NCBI GenBank assembly: GCA_025934835.1
Contig: JAICWL010000004.1
Span: 2,474-66,473 of the forward strand
Length of the DNA stretch: 64,000 bases
Source of the DNA: Fimbriimonadaceae bacterium
Lineage (GTDB): Bacteria; Armatimonadota; Fimbriimonadia; Fimbriimonadales; Fimbriimonadaceae
Direction of reading: 5' to 3'
Made by a program: the position numbers and the translations under genes. This document shows, piece after piece, positions 56,346-64,000 of this stretch. The stretch's first letter is position 1. The number at the start of each line of letters is the position of its first letter. Below the pieces are notes generated by a model. That model was not told where the DNA came from. It did not search any database and was given only the letters and a program-made list of their open reading frames with translations.

Positions 56346-57206
56346 TTAGATAACAGGCGACATAGCGGGGACAGGAGCAGCGAAGTGCCGCGCAAGCGTT
56401 GCGAGTGTAGTTCGCATCTCCTTTCGCGGCACTATCCGGTCGATCATCCCGTGGCTCAAGACGAATTCAGCTGTCTGAAAATCGTCGGGAACCTTGCTCA
56501 CTCCGGCCTGCTTGCTTACGCGTGCGCCGGCGAAACCGATGAGAGCTTTCGGCTCGGATAGGATCACGTCGGCGACTGAAGCGTAGCTGGCGAGGACCCC
56601 GGCCATGGTAGGGTCGGTGAAGACGGCAAAGTAGGGTGCCCCGGCCCGCCTGCAGCGCTCGACTGCAGCAGTGGTTTTAGCCATCTGCATCAGCGAGAGC
56701 AGTCCCTCTTGCATTCGCGCTCCGCCGGAGGCGCAAAAGATAATCGCCGGAATCCTCTGGTCGGCTGCCCGCTCCAGAGTGCGAGCGACCTTTTCGCCCG
56801 CAACGGCGCCCATCGAGCCGCCCATGAAGCCGAAATCCGCTACGGCCACGCTTACCGGATAGCCAGTGAGCCTTGCCACGCCGGATACCATCGAGTCGCA
56901 GAGGCCGGTCTTATCCTCGGCAGCCCGCAGCTTTTCACCGTATTCCGGAAAATCTAGCGGGTTCAGCGAGCGCAGCTCGATGTCCAACTCCTGGAACGAC
57001 CCCTCGTCGAACGTAGCATCGATCCGCTGCATCGCCGACAGCCTGTGATGGTGGCCGCAATGCGGGCAAACCCGCAGATTCTGTTCGAACTCCACGGACA
57101 ACAAAATCTTCTTACAGGCCAGGCATGGGAGGAATGGCTCCGCTCGTTCGGATGCTTTGCTCAAGAGGCATAGGTTACCTTCGGCGGTGAGGCCCGGGCG
57201 GAGCAA
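56346..57206 (-). CDS. accD: acetyl-CoA carboxylase carboxyltransferase subunit beta
   Basis: N-terminal zinc ribbon CLACKK...CPHCGHH, plus a GGSMG... carboxyltransferase domain. TTG start. Confidence 0.95.
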   Translation of the reverse strand: MLRPGLTAEGNLCLLSKASERAEPFLPCLACKKILLSVEFEQNLRVCPHCGHHHRLSAMQRIDATFDEGSFQELDIELRSLNPLDFPEYGEKLRAAEDKTGLCDSMVSGVARLTGYPVSVAVADFGFMGGSMGAVAGEKVARTLERAADQRIPAIIFCASGGARMQEGLLSLMQMAKTTAAVERCRRAGAPYFAVFTDPTMAGVLASYASVADVILSEPKALIGFAGARVSKQAGVSKVPDDFQTAEFVLSHGMIDRIVPRKEMRTTLATLARHFAAPVPAMSPVI

Positions 57207-57281
57207 GTCCGCTTCGCGAGAACCAGCCGAATACCAGGGAACTTAGCCTCGCATGGGGCTATCATCGGATTACGGAAGCTT

Positions 57282-58751
57282 ATGCGAAAGCACGCGGACG
57301 ATAGGATTTTCGGCGTCGAAACGGAATTTGGCTGCCTCGTCTCGGACGATGCCATTGGATCCCCCGAAGCGGCGGTCGAGGCTATCAAGGAGTACCTGTT
57401 CCATGATTTGCGCCTCGGCGCCATTGATCTCCACGCCCGCGATGATGTGTTCGAGCCGGCCCAATCGGGCGGATTTTTGCTTAATGGAGCTCGGCTGTAC
57501 ATCGATGCCGTGGGCTCGCATCTGGAGTACGCCACAGCGGAGTGCCGAAACCTCGAAGACATCGTCGCGAATGATCGAGCCGGGCAGCGGCAGATCGTTC
57601 GCGCCATCCATGAGCTCGGCCTCGAAGAAGAGGTCAGTGTTTACAACAACTCGGTCGACCACTTCGGCGGGCATACATTCGGGTGCCACGAGAATTATCT
57701 TGTCCGGGCCGACGACGACTTTCTGAACACCTCCGTTCAGATGCTGTATCCGTTCCTGGTCACTCGGCAGATCTTCGCGGGGGTTGGGCGGGTCGGTGGG
57801 CATGTCCTTACCGCAGGCGGCCTGCGCCCGAGTTACCAGGAGGTCATGGACAACCCGGTGGACTACATATGGGTTTCCCACGTGTATTCGGTCGTACCGG
57901 ACGACCGCGTGAAGTTCCAGCTTAGCCAGAGGTCGGACCACATCATCAAAACGATCGCCTCACGCGTCCGATTCAATCGCGCTCTCATCAATCCGAAGTG
58001 GGAGCACTTCTACTCGCACGAAGGCATGACTCGACTCCATCTGTTGTTCGGTGAGAGCAACCAGAATGAGTTCGCGTACGCACTCAAGATCGGCACGACG
58101 ATGGTGGTGCTGCGCCTTCTCGAAGAGCACCGCGTACCCTACTCCATGTCGTTGGCGCAACCCCTCACCGCGCTCCGCGATGTGAGCAGAGATCCGACCT
58201 ACCGATGGGAAGTCACGCTGGCTGATGGCAAAAAGATCGGATCAATCGAGCTCCAGAGGCGATATCTCGAATGGGCACAGGCTTACAGGGGCGAGTCCAA
58301 ACAGATTGACTGGATCCTGGACAATTGGGAAGAAGTCCTCGATGGCCTCGAAAACGACCCGCTCGCTATGGGGGATCGTATCGATTGGGTGGCCAAGCGC
58401 GCCATCGTCGAACAGTACCGCGAGGCTGAAGGGCTCGACTGGGGCGACGACGCGCTCCATTCCGTGGACCTCGAGTATCACAACATCGATCCGGAGAAAA
58501 GCCTGTTCTACGCTATCCAGGACATGGGGCAAACCAAGCGGGTGATCGATGACGTCGCCATCATCGCGGCTATGACGGACCCACCGCAAAACACCCGGGC
58601 CAAGGGTCGGGCCAAGCTCGTGGAACAGGTGCTGGCCCGAAAAACGCCAAGGTTCTACCTGTTCGATTGGAACGGCGTTGCCTTGGACAGGCACACCTAC
58701 GTCGAAATGCCGGACCCCTTCGAGACTTACGAGTCGGTGCCGGGTGTCTAG
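57282..58751 (+). CDS. Pup ligase/deamidase family protein (PafA/Dop), Dop-like
   Basis: RIFGVETEFG, NGARLYID.GSH.EYATAEC, GCHENYL, LYPFLVTRQ, FQLSQRSDH and VSRDPTYR strings. Confidence 0.85.
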   Translation: MRKHADDRIFGVETEFGCLVSDDAIGSPEAAVEAIKEYLFHDLRLGAIDLHARDDVFEPAQSGGFLLNGARLYIDAVGSHLEYATAECRNLEDIVANDRAGQRQIVRAIHELGLEEEVSVYNNSVDHFGGHTFGCHENYLVRADDDFLNTSVQMLYPFLVTRQIFAGVGRVGGHVLTAGGLRPSYQEVMDNPVDYIWVSHVYSVVPDDRVKFQLSQRSDHIIKTIASRVRFNRALINPKWEHFYSHEGMTRLHLLFGESNQNEFAYALKIGTTMVVLRLLEEHRVPYSMSLAQPLTALRDVSRDPTYRWEVTLADGKKIGSIELQRRYLEWAQAYRGESKQIDWILDNWEEVLDGLENDPLAMGDRIDWVAKRAIVEQYREAEGLDWGDDALHSVDLEYHNIDPEKSLFYAIQDMGQTKRVIDDVAIIAAMTDPPQNTRAKGRAKLVEQVLARKTPRFYLFDWNGVALDRHTYVEMPDPFETYESVPGV

Positions 58752-58754
58752 CGG

Positions 58755-59867
58755 TCAGACCAAGTTTTCAGCCTGTCTTACGGTCTGCTCCGGCGTCGGA
58801 ATGTTCTGAGAAGCGCTGAGGTAGATGGCGGGGATCTCGAGGCGAAGCTCGTCGGCGATGACCGCAAGGTACGGCTCGTACGCTTCGCGCAGCCGCACGA
58901 AAGCTTCCCACGTCCCCTCGTCCCGCCGGAGAGCCATGCCCGCCTCTTGAAGCTCCAAAATGAACGGACCGAATCGGTCTCGCGACAGCCGCTCGGTTCG
59001 GTCCTGATCAGGCGCACGATCGATAAGGGTGCAGATGACGACGACCACTCGAAGCGCCATAGCGTAAGTGAGCTCGGCCTGATCCACTATCGCCGTCCAT
59101 CGTGTCCCTTGCCCTTCGGTGCCGAGCTGAAGGACCGAGCCGACGTCCAGCATGACGGTCAGCGCGCCCAGCCAGGTTGCCATGCGCTGGTTCGAGCGAT
59201 AGAACGCCAATACCGGGTACGAGATGTAGCTCTCCAGCAGCTCAGCAGCCCAGAGCTCCCAGTCTTGAAGCGCCTGAAGCAGTAATCCGGGATCGCGCTT
59301 GGCATACCGGACCAAGACCGAGCCTGCATTCGCTTTCATCCCAGCGCGGGATGCAATCAGCGCGACCATGACCTCCCTGCGCGAAAACGCCTGATACAGC
59401 ACGGGCAAGTATCCGATGATCATCGCGAGGAAGCCGAACCCGATTCCGGCCTCCGCCACCACGACCCAACGCCCGATCGCGCTCGCCGGCTTTACGTCTC
59501 CGAGGCCGAGCGTGAAAAAGGTCGTCCCGCTCATGTACACGCTCTCCCAAATCCCAGGGGACCCTGGCGCGGGGACGAGTTCGGACAGGCCGTACTGAAC
59601 CATGCCGAACCCAACGAACATCAGAATTGCCCATATCGAGAACAGAGCGAGTAAGGCGAGCGGGCCGTAGGCGCATAACGTGCGTTCTTGCGCCTTTCGG
59701 TTGCGGCCATGCGTCAAGATCGCGAGTCCGCGCCAGCTCAGTCGGAAGAACACGCGGGAGATTCTCATGTCGCGCTGGATAGTGCGCGGAACGATCATCG
59801 TTTCGAAGCCATCCCATGCGGATAGGCCAATGAGCAGCAGCCCTGCCAGCACCCAGAAGAAAGCCAC
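58755..59867 (-). CDS. pore-loop cation channel family protein (K+ channel-like, filter TLGLGD) with a cytoplasmic C-terminal domain
   Basis: TM-pore-TM arrangement around MSGTTFFTLGLGDV. Confidence 0.6.
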   Translation of the reverse strand: MAFFWVLAGLLLIGLSAWDGFETMIVPRTIQRDMRISRVFFRLSWRGLAILTHGRNRKAQERTLCAYGPLALLALFSIWAILMFVGFGMVQYGLSELVPAPGSPGIWESVYMSGTTFFTLGLGDVKPASAIGRWVVVAEAGIGFGFLAMIIGYLPVLYQAFSRREVMVALIASRAGMKANAGSVLVRYAKRDPGLLLQALQDWELWAAELLESYISYPVLAFYRSNQRMATWLGALTVMLDVGSVLQLGTEGQGTRWTAIVDQAELTYAMALRVVVVICTLIDRAPDQDRTERLSRDRFGPFILELQEAGMALRRDEGTWEAFVRLREAYEPYLAVIADELRLEIPAIYLSASQNIPTPEQTVRQAENLV

Positions 59868-59946
59868 ATTCGATAGACGAAGGCTAACTGCTCAAGTCTT
59901 CAAATGGGACTTTGCGGCGGCTTTACACTGGGGTTTACTACCGTCC

Positions 59947-60525
59947 GTGATCGCCGTCGAAAGCCTGGGCAAGCGATTCGGCGACCGCTGGATCTTTCGC
60001 GGGATCAGCTTCGAGCTCGGGCGCGGCGACCGACTGATCGTGCTCGGCAAGAACGGAGCAGGCAAATCGACGTTGCTCAAAACGATCCTGGGGCTCGCAG
60101 AGCCCACCGAAGGAACGGCACGGCTACCCGAAGGGGATCCAAGGAACTCGGTCGGCTACTCGTCGATGGACATGACCGTCTATCCGTTTCTAACTCCACG
60201 TGAGCACCTCGATATGGCAGGCCAGTTGCGCGGCTGCGCCCCTCGGACCGACGAGTTGCTCGGCCGCGTGGGCTTGGCCGAAGCAACCGATCGGCTTAGC
60301 GGCCAGCTCTCAACCGGAATGCGCGCAAGGCTCAAGCTGGCACTTGCGATGCAGGCCGAGCCCTCGCTCCTAGTACTGGACGAACCCGGGGCGGGCTTGG
60401 ATGAACAAGGCAGGCGGGTACTCGACCTAATCGTCGAGGAACAAGCGAGGCGCGGTTGCGCCATCGTTGCCACGAACGATCCCGGTGAGCGGAGGCTGGG
60501 CAATCTTGAACTCGATCTGGGCTGA
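59947..60525 (+). CDS. ccmA: heme exporter ATP-binding protein CcmA
   Basis: Walker A GKNGAGKST, signature LSTGM, Walker B LLVLDEP. GTG start at 59947 chosen because the longer ORF is antisense to the channel gene. Confidence 0.8.
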   Translation: MIAVESLGKRFGDRWIFRGISFELGRGDRLIVLGKNGAGKSTLLKTILGLAEPTEGTARLPEGDPRNSVGYSSMDMTVYPFLTPREHLDMAGQLRGCAPRTDELLGRVGLAEATDRLSGQLSTGMRARLKLALAMQAEPSLLVLDEPGAGLDEQGRRVLDLIVEEQARRGCAIVATNDPGERRLGNLELDLG

Positions 60526-61189
60526 GATCGGCGCTGTCGTCCGCAAGGAGGCGCTCACCGAGATGCGCGCCAGAAACGGAATCGCCACTTCCGCACTCTT
60601 CGCGCTGGTCACCGTTGTCGCCATCGCGCTCGCTACTTTCAATAGAACGATCGACAAGGATATGGCCTCCGGCTTGCTTTGGGTTGCGATCCTGTTCGCG
60701 GCGGTGATCACTCTCCCGCGCGTCATGGTCACGGAAGAGGAGCAAGGGACGGCAGATTTGCTCCGCATGCTTGCCAGACCCGAGGCGGTCTACTGGGGGA
60801 AATGCATCTTCAACGGCTGCCAGATCATGGCCGCGAGCTTCATCTTGAGCTTTCTATTCTTCGGATTCACGCACGTTGGGCTCGAGAGCCCCGGGTTGTT
60901 CGCTTTATCGGTGTTCGGCGGATCGATGGGCCTGGCAGGCTCTGCCACCATGTGCGGTGCGCTCGTCGCGAGAGCCGCGAATAGGGCCATGCTGGCCGGT
61001 GCGATCGCCGTGCCCCTGCTGCTGCCTTTGGTAGCATTGGGTGTGAGTGGGATGCGGGTCGCCATCGGCCCGATCGAAGCCGATTTCGTTTACGACGCCG
61101 GCGTACGGGCCGTCATTGGATTGGACTGCTACGGCATAGCGACGCTCGCAATCGGGGTGTTGATATTCCCGTTCGCATGGAAAAGTTAA
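60506..61189 (+). CDS. ccmB: heme exporter membrane protein CcmB
   Basis: About 220 aa, six TM helices, in the position between ccmA and ccmC. Start is TTG at 60506 (or ATG at 60467), overlapping ccmA. Confidence 0.75.
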   Translation: MNSIWAEIGAVVRKEALTEMRARNGIATSALFALVTVVAIALATFNRTIDKDMASGLLWVAILFAAVITLPRVMVTEEEQGTADLLRMLARPEAVYWGKCIFNGCQIMAASFILSFLFFGFTHVGLESPGLFALSVFGGSMGLAGSATMCGALVARAANRAMLAGAIAVPLLLPLVALGVSGMRVAIGPIEADFVYDAGVRAVIGLDCYGIATLAIGVLIFPFAWKS

Positions 61190-61926
61190 TCAAATATCTT
61201 AAGTGGCTGTTCGCACTCGCCGCGGCGGCAGTGACGCTCTGGAGCTTCACGGTTCCGGACGCGGCCGGCTTTCAGCAGCCCGAGTTCGCAAGAGTGTTCT
61301 TCTGGCACTTCCCTTGCCCAATCCTCGGCACGATCTTGGGGCTGACTACCGGCTGGTTCAGCTATAAGTATCTTGCGACCCACGACATCGCCTGGGACGT
61401 CCGAGCCGAGGCGGCCGTTGAGCTCACGACGATCTTCTGGCTCGTGACAATGGCGTCCGGAATTCTATTCTCCGAGCTCGAATGGGGCACTTGGTGGCAA
61501 TGGGACCCGCGCCAAACCTCGTTCCTTCTCGTGCTTCTGATTTATTTCGCGTACTTCGCCTTGCGCGGAAGCATCGGCGACGAAACACGCAAAGCAAGCC
61601 ATTCGGCAGCCTATTATCTTGCGGCCCTGGGTCCGACATTGTTCCTTATATACGTCTTCCCCCGATTGCACCAGATCGCTGAGAGCTCGCTTCACCCAAC
61701 TCAGAGCATCATGCAGGGCCAAATAAAGGGCGAGTATGCGTATATCATTTTGGCGACGCTCGCTCTTGCTTCAATTCTCTCCGCGTGGCTCTACCGGCTC
61801 CGGGTGAAAGCAGGGCTGCTCCTCCTCGAAGAACCTTCATATGGAAACTTGGAAACTAATCGTAGCGATACCGCCCATCCTCCTGTGGTTCGGCCTATTC
61901 GCGTACCTGATGAGAGTCGAGAATAA
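61177..61926 (+). CDS. ccmC: heme exporter protein CcmC
   Basis: WGTWWQWDPRQT tryptophan-rich (WWD) motif, with conserved His residues in the flanking loops. Confidence 0.9.
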   Translation: MEKLIKYLKWLFALAAAAVTLWSFTVPDAAGFQQPEFARVFFWHFPCPILGTILGLTTGWFSYKYLATHDIAWDVRAEAAVELTTIFWLVTMASGILFSELEWGTWWQWDPRQTSFLLVLLIYFAYFALRGSIGDETRKASHSAAYYLAALGPTLFLIYVFPRLHQIAESSLHPTQSIMQGQIKGEYAYIILATLALASILSAWLYRLRVKAGLLLLEEPSYGNLETNRSDTAHPPVVRPIRVPDESRE

Positions 61927-61963
61927 GCTCGGAAAGGTTGAAGAGCGACTACGGCGCAAATGA
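61841..61963 (+). CDS. ccmD: CcmD-like small membrane protein (40 aa)
   Basis: Unlisted ORF METWKLIVAIPPILLWFGLFAYLMRVENKLGKVEERLRRK: one TM followed by a basic/acidic helix. It overlaps the ccmC 3' end out of frame, as ccmD often does. Confidence 0.5.
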   Translation: METWKLIVAIPPILLWFGLFAYLMRVENKLGKVEERLRRK

Positions 61964-61979
61964 CCGAGGCCGTCTGAGC

Positions 61980-62723
61980 ATGCCGACCTCCGCCCGGAGC
62001 TTCGGCCAAGTCGCACCGTACTACGACGACCTGATGAAGCAGGTGCCCTACCGGATGTGGGGCGGCTATTATCTGCTGCTCTTAGCCAACCAGGACATCC
62101 ATCCCCATAAGATCTTGGACATCTGCTGCGGAACGGGCACCATGTGCGAGCTGCTCACGGACGAAGGGTTCGAAATGGAGGGCCTCGACCTTTCCGAAGG
62201 GATGGTCGCCGAAGCTCGCCGTAAGGCGAAGAAGAAGCACCTAAACATCCGCTACGAAGTCGCCGATGCGGCCAACTTCGACATGGGAACGACATACGAT
62301 GCTGCTTTCAGCTTCTTCGATAGCCTGAACAACATTGTCGATCCCGATCGGCTCCAAAGCGCCTTTCGCACCGCAGCCAGACATGTCGTTCCAGGAGGGT
62401 CGTTCATTTTCGACCTCAACACGGCCTATGCGTTCGAGCAGAGCCTCTTCGACCAGGAAAACATGCGCGCTAACGCAAAGCTGCGCTACAAATGGACAGG
62501 CGATTGGGACCCGTCCTCCCGCATCATCACGGTCGATATGCGGTTCTGGTACCAGGATCAAAGCTTTCGTGAAATCCACGTTCAACGCGCCTACGGGGAA
62601 TCTGAGGTGCGCGAAATGTTACTGAACGCCGGATTTGGAGAGATCCAGGTGTTCAACAGCTATACGCTGAACCCGCCACGTCCCAAAAGCGATCGGCTAC
62701 ACTTCGCGGCGCGAAGGTTATAG
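61980..62723 (+). CDS. class I SAM-dependent methyltransferase
   Basis: Motif I ILDICCGTGTM and a post-I acidic residue (GLDLS). Start set at MPTSARSF. Confidence 0.85.
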   Translation: MPTSARSFGQVAPYYDDLMKQVPYRMWGGYYLLLLANQDIHPHKILDICCGTGTMCELLTDEGFEMEGLDLSEGMVAEARRKAKKKHLNIRYEVADAANFDMGTTYDAAFSFFDSLNNIVDPDRLQSAFRTAARHVVPGGSFIFDLNTAYAFEQSLFDQENMRANAKLRYKWTGDWDPSSRIITVDMRFWYQDQSFREIHVQRAYGESEVREMLLNAGFGEIQVFNSYTLNPPRPKSDRLHFAARRL

Positions 62724-62780
62724 CGTCCAAAGGACCCGGCACGAATCCTGCCGGGCCGAGCGCAGTTATCCTATCAGTAG

Positions 62781-63272
62781 ATGGAACTCGTTCGATATCG
62801 GGCCGGCGAGGCGATCCGGTGGCTACAGACCGGCGCGGAGAACATTCGAAAGGGCGCCACCCTCCGCGGTAAGAGCGTCGTGAAGCAAGCGGGCGTCGAT
62901 CAGCGGACCTTTGGCGAGAACGTTAAAACCGCCGCGGGCGCGCTCGTAGACTTGGGCAAGAGCGCCTATGCGGACATGCTCCACAACCAGGCCCAGGCGA
63001 GCGAATACGTGCTCCAAGACGATCACTTCGATATCGTGAAGGGCGCCTCGCTCAAGACGATCCCTTACGAGCGCGTGAAGGCGATCCAAATGCGCAACGA
63101 TCGCGCGGTTCTTGTGCTGGACAAAGGAGACCTCACTATCAAGCCCGTGGCCCACATCGTCGCTGGGCGAATGCGGGTCCCGGTCGGCTGGACCCGCAAC
63201 GGCACCGAGGTGCCGTTCGACCTTCTGATCGAAGAGCTGGCCGCCCGCTGCCACGTCGAAATCCAAGAGTAG
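62781..63272 (+). CDS. hypothetical protein (163 aa)
   Basis: Clean ORF with a plausible protein composition. No motif recognised. Confidence 0.5.
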   Translation: MELVRYRAGEAIRWLQTGAENIRKGATLRGKSVVKQAGVDQRTFGENVKTAAGALVDLGKSAYADMLHNQAQASEYVLQDDHFDIVKGASLKTIPYERVKAIQMRNDRAVLVLDKGDLTIKPVAHIVAGRMRVPVGWTRNGTEVPFDLLIEELAARCHVEIQE

Positions 63273-63298
63273 GGAGCCGTTCAACCATAATTGAGGTT

Positions 63299-64000
63299 GT
63301 GACATCCGCTCTAGCCCCCCAATCTAGCCCGGCAAAAGCCCCGATCCGAGCGATTCGCGTCGGCATCCTGGGGTTCGGAACCGTGGGGACGGGCGCATAT
63401 CGCATGCTCGAAGACAATCGAGAGGCTATCACCCGCAAGATCGGATTCCCAGTCCAAGTCGTACGCATAGGAATCCGGGATCCGAGCAAGCCGCGCTCGC
63501 TCGATGCAGCACTTTTCACGACCGACTTGGACTCGATCATAAACGACCCGTCGATCGACGTCGTTCTAGAGCTTATCGGCGGCACCGAGCCCGCGGGCGC
63601 TCTGGTAGAGCGGGCCCTACGCAATGGCAAGCACGTTGTCACCGCGAACAAGGAGCTGATCGCGAAACACGGCTCACGGCTCGTGCATCTCGCCAAGAGT
63701 CTCGGCCTGGACCTTCATTACGAGGCAGCCGTCGGCGGCGGCATTCCGCTCGTTCAGCCTCTGAAGCACCAGCTTGCCGGCAACGATCTGCTGAAAATGG
63801 TCGGCATCTTGAACGGCACCACGAACTATATCCTCACGCAAATGCGCGAGGAAGGCGCCGACTTCGAAGCCGCGCTAGCCGAAGCCCAGGCGAAGGGATA
63901 TGCCGAGGCCGACCCGACCAACGATGTCGACGGCTTCGACACGGCATACAAGATCGCGATCTTAGCCAGTATCGCCTTCGGCAAGCAGGTCCCTATGGAC
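63299..64000 (+). CDS. hom: homoserine dehydrogenase (5' part; continues past the right window edge)
   Basis: My own translation: ...IRVGILGFGTVGTGAYRML...VVTANKELIA...GGIPLV...GILNGTTNYILT...AEADPTNDVDGFD. Candidate GTG start at 63299. Confidence 0.85.
   Translation, partial: MTSALAPQSSPAKAPIRAIRVGILGFGTVGTGAYRMLEDNREAITRKIGFPVQVVRIGIRDPSKPRSLDAALFTTDLDSIINDPSIDVVLELIGGTEPAGALVERALRNGKHVVTANKELIAKHGSRLVHLAKSLGLDLHYEAAVGGGIPLVQPLKHQLAGNDLLKMVGILNGTTNYILTQMREEGADFEAALAEAQAKGYAEADPTNDVDGFDTAYKIAILASIAFGKQVPMD

Noticed and set aside
57207-58760. A pup gene or proteasome genes flanking the Dop-like gene.
   Set aside because: The flanking gaps are 75 nt and 3 nt. No small ORF ending in GGQ/GGE is present on either strand in the neighbourhood.
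1-64000. CRISPR arrays, rRNA operons, prophage/integrase genes, toxin-antitoxin or restriction-type defence genes.
   Set aside because: I saw no spaced direct repeats, no 16S/23S-like sequence, and no recombinase, nuclease-helicase or phage structural signatures while reading the ORF set. The window looks like core chromosome.

Overview
This is a GC-rich (by eye), gene-dense bacterial chromosomal segment. I call about 70 protein genes on both strands, many joined by 1-4 nt stop/start overlaps. A PEP-CTERM protein, Planctomycete-style heme/copper proteins and a Dop/PafA homolog suggest a non-proteobacterial lineage, possibly Armatimonadota-like, but that is a low-confidence guess.

Most of the content is housekeeping:
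- Nucleotide and envelope precursor supply: glmU, prs, guaA, murA, mreB, kdsB.
- Translation and transcription: rpsD, tyrS, pheT, greA, rel.
- Carbon and lipid metabolism: accA/accD, an acyl-CoA carboxyltransferase, kbl, an IDH-family dehydrogenase, hom.
- Regulation and proteolysis: P-II, hslV.
- A sugar-catabolic cluster: TIM-barrel isomerases, Gfo/Idh/MocA oxidoreductases, a CE7 esterase.
- A surface-glycan cluster next to flagellin: rfbBC, GT2, GT4, Wzm/Wzt, ribokinase, a GDP-mannose 3,5-epimerase-like gene.
- A co-directional redox/iron cluster: PoxB-like TPP enzyme, membrane Rieske protein, YdiJ-like FAD/Fe-S enzyme, a small conserved protein, an encapsulated-ferritin-like protein, cysteine desulfurase.
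- ccmABC(D).

I saw no rRNA, tRNA, CRISPR array, integrase or intact IS element.

I did not find an obvious defence or mobile system. The items I consider most worth a second look are:
1. A translationally coupled five-gene membrane module of unknown function behind glmU-prs (1-2708).
2. An orphan EncFtn-like ferritin with no shell gene or targeting tail.
3. An orphan Dop-like Pup-family enzyme.
4. A ~460-nt structured non-coding gap between convergent genes.
5. An IS200/RAYT-like protein whose catalytic motifs appear lost.
6. mreB, whose conserved N-terminus lies upstream of any canonical start codon.

All product calls come from reading the translated ORFs against remembered family motifs. 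No searches were run.
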